A DNA stretch of 64,000 nt from Octopus bimaculoides (GCF_001194135.2 NC_068981.1:71948068-72012067); one strand, 5' to 3'. Positions 1-12,823 are shown, numbered from the stretch's first letter. Program-made: numbers and translations. The notes: a model not told the origin generated them from the letters alone.

Positions 1-69
<69 letters not shown>

Positions 70-78
70 AAGAGAGAG
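1..78. repeat. (AG)n microsatellite
   Basis: Near-pure AG run at window start. Confidence 0.98.
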
Positions 79-980
79 TGCTGAATCTCTTATCTGGTTT
101 CCAGAAATCCAGGAACACCATGCAATTATACAGCACCCTGTATTGAGTAAACCAACCTTGTTTTTGAAATTTGTTAATTTTTTAAGTGGATTGATTGAGA
201 TTAAACATTCTCCGCTTTAGAATAGCATTGAATTGTACCTGTATCCGTTAAATAAAATTACGCTCTTTACTTTTGTTCATTCAATTTTCTAATTTTCAGC
301 CTATTAATATTAGATATGGTATACAATGTAATCAGTTGTGTATTTTATCGGCATTTTTTTTTTCACATACAGGGCGTAAAAGTTTCTTCAAGATGACGAA
401 CATACCATTTTTTTCTTCTTACATTGATAAAAAGACAAAAAGTTTCGAAAGTGTACAATGAATGGGTGTAGATGAGTGAATTTATTCTCAGTATTATAAA
501 GCTCTCATTTTGTGGTTCTGAAGGGACCAGCAGATTTGAACTCAGAACAAAAACAAGGTTTTATTGTAGTATTTCAGCATTATTTCTGTTCACAAATCTT
601 GGCTGCATATCGCCGCTTAGATCGACTATAGTACCTGACTGATAAAGCATGAGATTAACTCCATCGGGATTTGAACTTTAAACGCAAAAGGTTATTAAAA
701 ACCGCAAAGCAATTTGTATGAGATACAAACGTAAAATATTAATTGCAACAAATAGAGGTTGATTATAGTAAGTTACTTCCCTTAAGTGATAACATGTTTC
801 AGAGTCACTTCCCTTGCATTAATGTTAGAAGATTATATTTTAGTACAAGTTTTACACGGATGTTTAAATTAATTATACCACTGCGAAAAAAAAATGTATA
901 AAAGATGGAACAAAAACAAAAATTAGAAACTTCTTTGAATTCTGGTAGATCTCATAGATATCTGAAAATAAATTACATCG

Positions 981-1458
981 TCAGCCTTGATAGCCTTTTA
1001 AAAATCTTTTTGAAAATGTCCTGCTTCTGAGACTGGTGATCTTTTTACTGGAAGAAATAATACCGTAAGGTTTCTGAATAGTTCCTTTAAGAACATAAAG
1101 ATGACTCCATAAACTTGCGCATAATAAAATATTGCACAAAAGAATATGGTCTTTTATTTTGTTCAACGTCTGCTATGATTTTTACAGAGATAGATCTGAC
1201 TGAGATTAATGGAGGATTAAAGTTTTCATTTATCTCTTGAATCTTCCCATTAATTTTTCCATCTCTGATTAATTATACTTTTACCAAATGAATCAACTTG
1301 TGAAAGATCTGGAACGATCTATATTTTCTATTTCCTTCTTTTGCTAATTCATCTGTTTTCTTACATCCTTTGATATCTGTATGGCTAGCTATCCAAATTA
1401 TTGTTACTTGTTTACTAATTTTCACTAAATAATTATCTATTTTTAGGAGAACACTCAT
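981..1458 (-). mobile_element. Degenerate LINE 3' fragment with RNase H C-terminal motif (I/Nimb-like clades)
   Basis: ORF 1273-1458 VTIIWIASHTDIKGCKKTDELAKEG resembles the RNase H motif WxPxHxGIxGNExADxLAKxA. Downstream KDHILLC resembles a zinc-knuckle remnant. Many stops. Confidence 0.5.
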
Positions 1459-2346
1459 ACGTATTTTTTTCCTTCTTAATTTGATTTCTTTTTTTTTTCA
1501 TTATTGAAATATTTCTAGGTTCAATAGTCCATTAATAAATAGAAAAAGCTAGTGTTACAATCAAGGGTAATACTTTTATGTGCTTTGACTAATCAAGAAA
1601 AATTTAAGTCAGAATTGCTTTTGAATGTATTTTGAATCAAAGTATTACAGTTCTCAAAATTGGTGCAATTGCTGTTTGAAATAGTTTCTCCAGAAACGAG
1701 TAGATTCAGTGAAGAAACTGAAGTAAATGGATTGCAATTATAACAACAAAATAAATAAAAAGACAATGAAAATCGATGCATAAATAATAAAATCTGTAAT
1801 TAAAATCAGACACTGACATATGTAGATCAAAGACACATGCATACAACTTACGAGTCTGACTCTCCTCATTATTCTAGTAATAGACTAGGTGGTATCCAGA
1901 TTGAACCTAATGTAGATGCCAAAGCAATATTCGAGACACATCAAAACTGGAAGAGAAGAAATTACATAGATTAGAAACAGTTCTTTCAATATTTCATTAA
2001 TGGCTTATTACTATTTTTTTTTTTTTTTTAGTTTCAGTGTATTTCACAATATTTAAAGTAATGCTGTCTTATCTTTCCGAAAATTCAATAGATTATCTAT
2101 AATCTGTAAAAGTAAACAAGATTAATTTAGATTAATCTTTATGGAAAACTCACACTTAATTCAACCACTTTTTGCTTGTATATTTATAAACATGTATTAA
2201 GATTTTTGCATATATTCTATGTATGCGTGTGCATGTGTATGTGTGTGCATGTGTATGTGTGTGCATGTGTATGTGTGTGTATCTGTGTATATCCATATCT
2301 GTCTATCTATCTATCTACATACATCCCGCCAACCCTCATTTATATA

Positions 2347-2760
2347 TTTTACTCTTTTACTCTTTTACTTGTTTCAATCATTTGACAACGGCCATGCTGG
2401 AGCACCACTTTAGTTGAGCAAATCGACCCCAAGACTTATTCTTTGTACTTATTCTGGTGGTCTCTTTTGCCGAACCGCTAATTTATGGGGACATAAATGC
2501 ACCAGCATCGGTTGTCAAGCGATGGTGGCGGAACAAACACAGACACACACACATACATATATATATTTATATATGTACGACAGGCTTCTTTCAGTTTCTG
2601 TCTCCCAAATCCACTCACAAAGCTTTGGTTGGCCCGAGGCTATAGTTGAAGACACGTGCCCAAGGTGCCACGCAGTGGGACTGAACCTAGAACCATGGAT
2701 TTGGTAAGCAAGCTACTTACCACAAGAGCCACCCCTGCACCTATACAGCCACTCCTGTGC
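2347..2760 (-). mobile_element. SINE family A, near full length (tRNA-like head, CORE-like block, internal microsatellite, TAAAAGA tail)
   Basis: Minus strand has A-box-like TGGCTCTTGTGG, B-box-like GGTTCAGTCC, then CACCTTGGGCACGTGTCTT, a TA/TG tract, and tail ...ATGATTGAAACAAGTAAAAGAGTAAAAGAG. About 20 related copies in the window. Confidence 0.9.
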
Positions 2761-3671
2761 CTATATATATATATATATATATTCTTTTATTCTTTTACTT
2801 GTTTCAGTCATTTGACTGTGGCCCCTTTGTTGGACACATTTCCATGGAAGATTGCAGACGAACAACACTACTTATTATGACAGCAACGTTCCTTTACAAC
2901 TATCACATGATGTCAAGACAGGGAGATGCAAAAATGTTCATGCACACACACACACACACACACATGCATGCACGGGCACACACACATGCACACATACACA
3001 CACACACAGAGTCTATTCTCTCATTGTTATATGTTTTCCTATGCTAGCATGGGTTACAGTAATATATTATTGTGGAATTATTTTAGTGACAGGGAATTAG
3101 GGGCACAAAATCATTGCAGATGCTTTCCTGTCACTAACCCTTACCTCTTACTGGTTTAAGGAAATGACAACAATATATATAACTAGCTTAAGCCACACTG
3201 TGCAAACATTTAAGCTAGCTCCTGAGGTGGGCAAATTGGACCTGTGGCCCAAAACTAAGGAGCGCTATAATAATAAAGTATTTATTGGTACCCTACCAAT
3301 ATGGTATTACTTTAAATTCATTTTAAATGAAAAATTTGAAAGTTCACAAATTTTTGGAGTTCTTTTAAAATTTCAATTCTCAACTGTTAGCATATAACAA
3401 ATCCTCATCCAGACCTGATCCCAATGTTGGATGTTGAGGACAGATTTTCAATCTCGGGATCATCCTGTTTCCAGATAGGTATAATGTGACTATGTAGAGC
3501 AGATGCAGACTGAGATACAGGGGCCCTGGACGGCCGGACAGAGAGAATTTTGCATTTACCATTATAGATATATACACTAAGAAGCACATAAATGTAAAAC
3601 AAGGTGGGAAAAAATAGTACTCGAATACTGAAGTTAATGTAAGATGCTTTTATTAAAGCTAAAAGAATCTC

Positions 3672-3720
3672 CACAAACTGTTACTCAGAGTTTCACATTA
3701 CTGTTCTTCAGAAAGTTGTG
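3672..3720 (-). ncRNA. Minimal type I hammerhead ribozyme
   Basis: cacAACTTT CTGAAGA ACA-GTAA-TGT GAAAC T-CTG-AGT A ACAGTTtgtg: intact core, 3-bp stem II with GNRA loop, 3-bp stem III, GUA site, stem I with one mismatch and one bulge. Confidence 0.75.
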
Positions 3721-4463
3721 ATAATCACAACTATCTGATGAATGCATATATATATATATGCATATATACTTTAATAAAAGTATATNNNNNNNNNNNNNNN
3801 NNNNNNNNNNNNNNNNNNNNNNNNNNNNNNNNNNNNNNNNNNNNNNNNNNNNNNNNNNNNNNNNNNNNNNNNNNNNNNNNNNNNNNNNNNNNNNNNNNNN
3901 NNNNNNNNNNNNNNNNNNNNNNNNNNNNNNNNNNNNNNNNNNNNNNNNNNNNNNNNNNNNNNNNNNNNNNNNNNNNNNNNNNNNNNNNNNNNNNNNNNNN
4001 NNNNNNNNNNNNNNNNNNNNNNNNNNNNNNNNNNNNNNNNNNNNNNNNNNNNNNNNNNNNNNNNNNNNNNNNNNNNNNNNNNNNNNNNNNNNNNNNNNNN
4101 NNNNNNNNNNNNNNNNNNNNNNNNNNNNNNNNNNNNNNNNNNNNNNNNNNNNNNNNNNNNNNNNNNNNNNNNNNNNNNNNNNNNNNNNNNNNNNNNNNNN
4201 NNNNNNNNNNNNNNNNNNNNNNNNNNNNNNNNNNNNNNNNNNNNNNNNNNNNNNNNNNNNNNNNNNNNNNNNNNNNNNNNNNNNNNNNNNNNNNNNNNNN
4301 NNNNNNNNNNNNNNNNNNNNNNNNNNNNNNNNNNNNNNNNNNNNNNNNNNNNNNNNNNNNNNNNNNNNNNNNNNNNNNNNNNNNNNNNNNNNNNNNNNNN
4401 NNNNNNNNNNNNNNNNNNNNNNNNNNNNNNNNNNNNNNNNNNNNNNNNNNNNNNNNNNNNNNN

Positions 4464-4795
4464 CGGACTCGCGGTTTCGATTCCCAAACCGGGCATTGTG
4501 AGTGTTTATTGAGTGAAAACACCTAAAGCTCCACGAGGCTCCGGCAGGGGATGGTGGCGAACTCTGCTGTATTCTTTCACCACAACTTTCTCTCATTCTT
4601 ACTTCCTGTTTCTGTTGTATCTGTATTTCAAAGGGCCAGCCTTGTCACGCTGAATATCCCCAAGAACTACGTTAAGGGTACACATGTCTGTGGAGTGCTC
4701 AGCCACTTGCACGTTAATTTCATGAGCAGGTTGTTCCGTTGATCGGATCAACTGGAACCCATGATGACATAAGCGACGGAGTGCCAACAACCAAC
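4464..4795 (+). mobile_element. SINE family D (5' end lost in gap)
   Basis: GGTTTCGATTCC B box. Body matches the reverse complement of 61793-62127. Confidence 0.85.
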
Positions 4796-6577
4796 AAAAC
4801 CATGGTTGGGCAGAGCTATAAAAGGCAAAATACTCAATGGAAACTTTCACGATGGAATGAAGGCCAATGTTAGCATGGGTGGTAAGCTCTCTGAATACCT
4901 GCTGCAAGTGGTACCCATTATTGCCACATCTGTGCAAAAGAATGTAAATCACTAGCAGGATAGAAAAGCCATATCTGTGCTGCTCATGTTTAAGAGAAAA
5001 ATCAAGCAGTGTTTGAAATCAACTTGCAACTATTGTGTGTATGTGTGCATATGTATATGTGTGTTTGTGTATATATATATATATATATATACGCGCATAA
5101 ACTAAATTCAGATTCAATAGGATATCTAAATACCACTTGCTATAATGGTGTAAACTTGCTAGACACTTGCCTAAGATGCCATGAAAGGGGACTGACCTTC
5201 TCAACCACACAGCCATATCTGTCTCTATATATACATATATACACACACAGACGCACACATGTGCACACATGTGCACACACATACATACATACATACATAT
5301 ACACACACACACATCCATATCACGTCCTCACTTAGTTTTTCAGTTTGAATTACGGAAAAATTTGGATAAGTACTGTTTTCACTTTGCTAAAGATTTTCTA
5401 CTATTTGAAAATAATATGTATTCTTGTTTTTATACTATTCATTTGGTTCTTTATAGATTATTTTAATAGATAACTTATTTAACACTATAATATTTAGGAG
5501 TTATAGTTTCATTTCAACATAATATTAGAACTTCGATTGGAATAGTGTTGATATATTTTCGATTATCTTTGATTAATATTATTTGATTAATTATTAATCT
5601 TTATAGTTTATAATATCGTTAAAGTTTTTTTAAAAATCAAANNNNNNNNNNNNNNNNNNNNNNNNNNNNNNNNNNNNNNNNNNNNNNNNNNNNNNNNNNN
5701 NNNNNNNNNNNNNNNNNNNNNNNNNNNNNNNNNNNNNNNNNNNNNNNNNNNNNNNNNNNNNNNNNNNNNNNNNNNNNNNNNNNNNNNNNNNNNNNNNNNN
5801 NNNNNNNNNNNNNNNNNNNNNNNNNNNNNNNNNNNNNNNNNNNNNNNNNNNNNNNNNNNNNNNNNNNNNNNNNNNNNNNNNNNNNNNNNNNNNNNNNNNN
5901 NNNNNNNNNNNNNNNNNNNNNNNNNNNNNNNNNNNNNNNNNNNNNNNNNNNNNNNNNNNNNNNNNNNNNNNNNNNNNNNNNNNNNNNNNNNNNNNNNNNN
6001 NNNNNNNNNNNNNNNNNNNNNNNNNNNNNNNNNNNNNNNNNNNNNNNNNNNNNNNNNNNNNNNNNNNNNNNNNNNNNNNNNNNNNNNNNNNNNNNNNNNN
6101 NNNNNNNNNNNNNNNNNNNNNNNNNNNNNNNNNNNNNNNNNNNNNNNNNNNNNNNNNNNNNNNNNNNNNNNNNNNNNNNNNNNNNNNNNNNNNNNNNNNN
6201 NNNNNNNNNNNNNNNNNNNNNNNNNNNNNNNNNNNNNNNNNNNNNNNNNNNNNNNNNNNNNNNNNNNNNNNNNNNNNNNNNNNNNNNNNNNNNNNNNNNN
6301 NNNNNNNNNNNNNNNNNNNNNNNNNNNNNNNNNNNNNNNNNNNNNNNNNNNNNNNNNNNNNNNNNNNNNNNNNNNNNNNNNNNNNNNNNNNNNNNNNNNN
6401 NNNNNNNNNNNNNNNNNNNNNNNNNNNNNNNNNNNNNNNNNNNNNNNNNNNNNNNNNNNNNNNNNNNNNNNNNNNNNNNNNNNNNNNNNNNNNNNNNNNN
6501 NNNNNNNNNNNNNNNNNNNNNNNNNNNATATATATATATATATATATATATACATAAACTAAATGTCTGTATGTATG

Positions 6578-6785
6578 AAGATGTGTGGCTTAGTGGCTAG
6601 AATATCTGCCTCGTGATCATAAGGTCATGAGTTCAATTCCTGGCAGTGCATTTTGTTCTTGTGCAAAACACTTTATTTCATGTTGCTCCCATCCATTTAT
6701 GTGTCTGTGGAGTGCTCAGCCACTTGCACATTAATTTCACGAGCAGGCTGTTCTGTTAATTGGATCAACAGGAACTCTTGTCATT
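6578..6785 (+). mobile_element. Chimeric SINE: tRNA/CORE-like head joined to family D 3' module
   Basis: TGGCTTAGTGG...GAGTTCAATTCC and TTGTTCTTGTGCAAAACACTT, followed by GTCTGTGGAGTGCTCAGCCACTTGCAC shared with family D. Confidence 0.7.
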
Positions 6786-6830
6786 ATAATATTATTATTA
6801 TTATTATTATTTTTATGTTGTTGTTGTTGC

Positions 6831-6869
<39 letters not shown>

Positions 6870-6895
6870 CATTATTATTATTATTATTATTCATA
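6785..6895. repeat. (ATT)n/(GTT)n microsatellite
   Basis: Direct reading. Confidence 0.95.
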
Positions 6896-7444
6896 GTAAA
6901 AATATTAATAATAATAGTGATTTTTAACATCAAATAATTGACTTCAGAGTAATAAATTCATTAAATTGTCTTTGAAAGCAGAGATACCTTCCTTTTCCCA
7001 GTTGATAATATAACATGTAAAAGACAGCAGGTATTATGAATACTTTCTTTGAAAGTGATGTTTCCATAGTGAAGGCTATTTATTCCTGATTTTTGGAATA
7101 ATGTATTCTTATAAAAATGGGAGACACTGTCAAAATCGAAATTGAAAAAGTAATAAACAAAAATTGAAAAAGCTTTTGAATAATGAGACTGTTCTAAAAG
7201 CTGAACAAGACCAAAATTTCAAGAATTTCTCTCTCTCTTTCTCTCTCTCTCTCTCACGCTCTTTCTCTTTTTCTCTCACAAAAACACACATACACAAACA
7301 CACGCATACACAAACACACAGACACACACACATGCACACACACGCACACACACACACACACACACCTATATAGCCAGGACAGACGAATACATACACAGAC
7401 ATATAATAACACGGGTATATGTACAGTACACAGAATTATGTACA

Positions 7445-7680
7445 AAAGTCACAAAACTGAACAGTGTATGAGTCATGATATACATGTGTACATGCACATG
7501 GAGGGGAAGATATCAGGTGTAGTGTTGGTGAATTTCAGGAATCGTGGAGGTTTTAAAGGATGCACTGTCTCAGCAGCTAACAACTGATGCAGGTAGTTTG
7601 TGCCATGCTTCAGCAACTCTGAGTGTGAAAAAAAAAATGTTTCCAAAAGTCATGAGAGCTGTGCTGTTTTTTGCAAACTT
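7445..7680 (-). mobile_element. CR1/L2-like LINE 3' end
   Basis: Minus strand KKQHSSHDFWKHFF..LRVAEAWHKLPASVVS; same family as 42160-42860. Confidence 0.7.
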
Positions 7681-8049
7681 GTATGAAAACCTAGTTGGTC
7701 TCTGGTTGTCTCAACCTCTGTGTATGCCACAGGTGTTATAGCTGATTGTGCTGAAAAATGGGTTCAGTGCTGTGCAACACTACTACTCACCTTGTGCCTT
7801 GAGGTGCCACCAGGACACATCATCATGACTATCACTTTGGAGATATCATTATTTCATTCTCGTTCTCTCTTCTAAATGTGAGTAACCATGTAGCACTTAT
7901 ACAACATGAATGTATTCTACCCCAACCTCTTCTCTCATACCTTAATCCCCATCTGACATGTGGACACACCTGCCCCATTCCTTGGGTTTTGTAAGATATT
8001 GTGAGTTGCACAGCACAGCAACTTTAGGAGTACATACTACTGAGCATCC

Positions 8050-8221
8050 AGTATACATTGCAAAGTAGCTGGTGTTGGCAAGATATCCAGCCAAAGATAC
8101 CATACCAGAGCAGCCACAGGAACCTGATGCAGTCCTTGGACCCATCAGATCCTTTCAAACCATTCAACCCATGCCAGCATGCAACATGTGCATTAAACGA
8201 GGGTGGTGATGCTGACAATGG

Positions 8222-8255
<34 letters not shown>
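8050..8255 (+). mobile_element. RTE-like 3' end (family C) with (GAT)n tail
   Basis: CAACCCATGCCAGCATG...TTAAACGA followed by (GAT)n. Confidence 0.75.
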
Positions 8256-8404
8256 ATGAATGATGGGTGTCCGCTTGTGATCGAGGAAGACCATCACTGA
8301 CCATTGCCCATGCAAAATGCCAGCAACACCTGTGCATGAGGTTATTGCACTGGATTCCATGTCACCAGCTGCCCTCATGAGCAATCTTACAAGTGACGTG
8401 ACAA

Positions 8405-8438
<34 letters not shown>

Positions 8439-8583
8439 CAATTAGAAAATGGAGGATAATATGCTGAACCCAACTACTTGCAGACAGTGTATCCCGTTAT
8501 ACTATCCCTTAGTGGGTTGAATCCTCAACCCCTAACTCTCTCGCATTATATATATATATGTGTGTGTGTGCGTGTGTGCGTGT

Positions 8584-8910
8584 GAAGGTGCATGGCTCAG
8601 TGGTTAGAATGTTGAGCTTATGATCGCGAGGTTGTGAGTTCGAATCCCGGACCAGGCTGCATATTTTGTGTTCTTGAGCAAGACACTTTATCTCATGATG
8701 CTCCAGTTCACTCAGCTGTAGAAATGAGTTGCGACGTCACAGGTGCCAAGCTGTATCGGCCTTGGATAACACAGGTGGCGTGGAGAGGGGAGACCAGTAT
8801 GCATGGGCGACTGCTGGTCTTCCATTAACAACCTTGCCTGGACTTGTGCCTTGGAGGGTAACTTTCTAGGTGCAATCCTATGGTCAGTCATGACCGAAGG
8901 GGGTCCATTT
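8584..8910 (+). mobile_element. SINE family E, tRNA-derived with CORE-like block
   Basis: A box TGGCTCAGTGG, B box GAGTTCGAATCC, block GTGTTCTTGAGCAAGACACTT...CAGCTGTAGAAATGAG. Its 3' part recurs at about 11600-11710. Confidence 0.85.
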
Positions 8911-8911
8911 A

Positions 8912-8962
<51 letters not shown>

Positions 8963-9639
8963 TACATTCATACACACGCACGCACATGTATGAATATACT
9001 CCATTGATGCTTTCTTTAACCAGTGTTTCCAGTGTAACATTGGTAGCTTCTTCTTTATCTCTTGATTTCCAAATGTTCTGAAAGCATCTGTAGTAGTCTC
9101 CTTGTATTGCTGATGAAATATACTGTTTTCTGGGTCGGAGTAAAATACTTTTCAGTTCTGCATGCATCCAACAAATCTGCTTACTGCATAATTAGTAAAG
9201 GCATCAATCATCAACATCATCATCATCAGTTAATGTCTATTGTCCATGCTGGCATGGGTTGGACAGTTTGATCAGAACTGGTAAGCTGAAGGGCTGCACC
9301 AGACTCCAAGTATAAAATAATTCCTTTTCATGACAATTGCTTTTTTGGGGAAAGAATTCTAGATGTTTTTATGCATAAGTTGATAGCCCTGACTCTTGCC
9401 CAAGTGACTACGCATAAAACATGCCTGGAGAATTTTCTTTTATTTCTTTTATTTTCTTTTATTTCTTTAATTTTCTTTTATTTCTCTCCAAGCAAAGATT
9501 AACAATATGTTTTCATGTCCATTTAAAGTTTTATACCGAAATGTTTAAAAACTTCAGTTTAACTACTCTTAGATTATCTTAAAAGTTTTCAAATACAGGC
9601 CATGAAGTGTATAAACATTCATTAATATATCTGCGCGTG

Positions 9640-9822
9640 AAGGTGGCGAGCTGGCAGAAACATTAACACTCTGGGTGAAATGCTTAGCGGTATTTCGTCT
9701 GTCTTTATGTTCTGAGTTCAAATTCTGCTGAGGTCGACTTTGCCTTTCATCCTTTTTGGGGTTGATAAATTAGGTATCAGTTGTGTACTGGGGTTGATCT
9801 AATCGACTGACCCCCTCACCCA
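9640..9822 (+). mobile_element. SINE family B
   Basis: GGCGAGCTGGCAGAAA...GAGTTCAAATTC...GAGGTCGACTTTGCCTTTCATCC. At least 12 related copies in the window. Confidence 0.85.
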
Positions 9823-9849
9823 ATATATCTGTGTGTGAATGCGTGTGTG

Positions 9850-9882
<33 letters not shown>

Positions 9883-9982
9883 GCACATGTGTGTATGTGC
9901 ACCTAGACAAATTCCTCTAAGGAATGAATACTTGATAAACCACCTTATTTGAACATACACACACACATACACACACACATAG

Positions 9983-10016
<34 letters not shown>

Positions 10017-10974
10017 TCACATGCTCTTACACAAGCACACGCCCNNNNNNNNNNTTCACATGCTCTTACACAAGCACACGCCCAGACACATAAAATACAG
10101 AAGAAGATAGAAAAAGTTATAATATCGCCCATGAGACTCAGTAAATATATGATTGTGCATTGTATTTGTGTGTGTGTGTGTGTGCACACGTGCGTGTGTG
10201 TGTGGGTGTGTGTGAATGTGTGTGTGTGTGGGTTTGTGAGTGTGTGTGTATAGGTGTGTGAGAGTGTGTGTGTGTATGTGTGCATGTGTGTGGGTGGGTG
10301 TGGGTGCATGTGAGTGTGTGCGTGTGGGTGTGTACATGTGTGCGTTTTCTTATACGTTAGCAGTTTGGCATATTCTTCTTGTTAGCAAAATCACGATAAA
10401 AGTGCAGTCGTGTATATTTTATTTGAATAAGTTCATAACAAAAACAAAATAAAAAATAACAACCCTGGCATTGTGCCAGAGACCTTTATATACATTTGTG
10501 TGTGTGTGTGTGTGTGTGAATGCATGAATGTGTGTGTTTGTATAGTGTGCATTATACATTTATACATGTGTGAGAAATGGCATCAGAGACTAAGGTCATC
10601 TTCAACTAAATATATATTTCCTCAAACTTCAAGCAATATAGGAGTTTATAACCAATCACAACATAAGTAATGTCAAAATTTGGGAGAAAGCCAGGAAAAA
10701 GAATCTTTTCATGACTCAAAAGATAACAATTTGTTGTTTGTCCAGTTTTTTTGTTTTTTTTTGTTTTTTGGTATTTTAGATAACTTTTGATGATTCAAAG
10801 CTGCGTTTTTGAAAAATTGCAGCCATCTTTTGTTTTTCATTTTTGTGCGCAGTATAATTTGATAAAATGTAACTGCAATAAAATAATCAAAAGTTTCATA
10901 TATTTTAAATTTGATTGTATATTGATTAGCTTGAATTATTATGTAATCATTTTATTTTTTTTTTTGTATATAGG

Positions 10975-11290
10975 TGCAAGCATAACTGTATGGTTAAGAA
11001 GGTCACTCTTGACCATATGGTTTTGAATACAGTTCCACTACTTCGTATTTTAGGCAAATGTCTTCTACTATAGCCCTTGGCAGGGCCGGCTCAAGGTACT
11101 GGCAACTTGGGTTGTTGTCCAAGGCACTATGTGCTATTGGGTGTCAAGGAGGGCGTGACAAAGACAAGGAAATTTCCACAACTGTCAGCTTGTACATGCC
11201 AAAGTTCACCATCCTAGGGCTGGCCCTGGCCCTTGGTCAACTAAACCTGTGTGAATGACTTTGGCTGATGGAAGCTAAAAGACACTTACA
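10975..11290 (+). mobile_element. SINE family A head, interrupted by a hAT MITE
   Basis: Head sequence resumes (GTCAACTAAACCTGTGTGAATG) after the insertion. Confidence 0.7.
11081..11228. mobile_element. 148-bp hAT-type MITE with perfect 8-bp TSD
   Basis: TIRs CAGGGCCGGCTC / GGGCTGGCCCTG. GCCCTTGG duplicated at 11073-11080 and 11229-11236. Confidence 0.85.
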
Positions 11291-12237
11291 TGTATATACA
11301 CATACACATGTGTATGCATGTGTGCAAATATGTATGTGTGCATCTTCTTGTTTTGTTATCCTGTGGTAGATATAAACCAGTGTCATTGTCATAGAAGCAG
11401 TTTCCTTTGTTTCCAATATTCAGTGGAAACACCACTGGTCATGGGGTAATATTTCCTTGCTTGAAAGCAAATGAGTGTTAGTGACAGGGAAGGAATCAGG
11501 CAGTAGAAAAATCTGCTTCAGTAAATTCCATTTGACCCATGAGGACATTAGATGATGATAATAATGATGATGATGATGATGATGATGATGATTGAATAGG
11601 ATAAAGTATGCATGGTGACTGCTGGTCTTCCATAAACAACCTTGCCTAGACTTGTGCTTTGTGGGAGAGCTTCCTAGGTGCAATCCCATGGTCATAACAT
11701 TACTGAAGTGAGGTCTTTACTTTTACCTTTATTTTGTGACATGCAATTTATATATAGGTACCAAATTTTATTGAATTTATAATAGTTATGTGATATATTC
11801 TAAATTTAATAATTCGGTACTTTAATTCACCTTAATGTTTCAATCATTGTAGATTTAAGATTATAAATTAAATGTTGATATTAAAAGAAGAAAAACAGAA
11901 AAAAAAAAGGCATGACTGTGTGATAAAGAAGGTTGTTTTGCAATCATGGGATTTGGGGTTTAGATGACCTCCCTTTCAAATACTATACAGACACAAACTG
12001 TGTGTTGATAGCCAGCTGGAAAAGATGTTTTCCTGGGGCTAAAACAACAGTAACACCGTCCTTTATAGGACTGCCACATTCTGTTGGCATATAAACATTA
12101 CTATATATGTATATATATATANNNNNNNNNNNNNNNNNNNNNNNNNNNNNNNNNNNNNNNNNNNNNNNNNNNNNNNNNNNNNNNNNNNNNNNNNNNNNNN
12201 NNNNNNNNNNNNNNNNNNNNNNNNNNNNNNNNNNNNN

Positions 12238-12300
<63 letters not shown>

Positions 12301-12472
12301 TGGATAGATGGATGGGTAGATGTTTATACATTTACACTCTCACACACATATATATAAATGTATACATTTATATACTGAGGGTGATAAATTGAATATTAAT
12401 TTAATTAACATCAATTTAAAACCAGTGGCCTAGCATATAAAAAAATCTGAAAATTCAGAAAAATTGTATTAC

Positions 12473-12823
12473 ATGCATATAAGAAGGAATGACCACTAAG
12501 TGGACATCCGATATGCTAGAAAGAGATCATCCACGATCTAACCACAAAGAAAAGAATGTTCTTCAGAAAAAAATTCAGCCAACACCAGAACATAAGCGGG
12601 CAAGACTAATGAAAATATACAAAATAAAGAATTAATCGTATACCAGTTTCGCCATCAACTCTTTTACTTACGTAAAAACGTAATTTATATTTTCATTTGT
12701 CTTATGTTCTGGTGTTTGATGAATTCTTTCTAGAGAACATTATTTTCTTTGTGGTTAGATCATGGATGATCTCTTTCTAACATATCAAATGTCCACTTAA
12801 AGGTCATCCCTTCTTATATGCAT
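12473..12823. repeat. Long imperfect fold-back (about 140-bp arms, about 65-bp spacer)
   Basis: 12473-12620 is the reverse complement of 12686-12823, e.g. AGAAAGAGATCATCCACGATCTAACCACAAAGAAAA vs TTTTCTTTGTGGTTAGATCATGGATGATCTCTTTCT. Confidence 0.9.

Noticed and set aside
3400-3575. Minus-strand TATATCTATAATGG...TCTGTCCGGCCGTC resembles a Helentron/DINE-1-like 5' end
   Set aside because: No subterminal inverted repeat or 3' hairpin identified.
4830-4910. NFHDGMKANVSMGGKLSE resembles an RTE RT segment
   Set aside because: About 18 residues with no flanking motifs.
8990-9167. Open non-repetitive frame ELKSILLRPRKQY...KESING as a possible exon
   Set aside because: No polypyrimidine tract, weak donor, no recognisable homology.
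10015-10085. Short direct duplications flanking gaps (also about 29815-30110 and 36514-36812)
   Set aside because: Most likely scaffold overlap artefacts.
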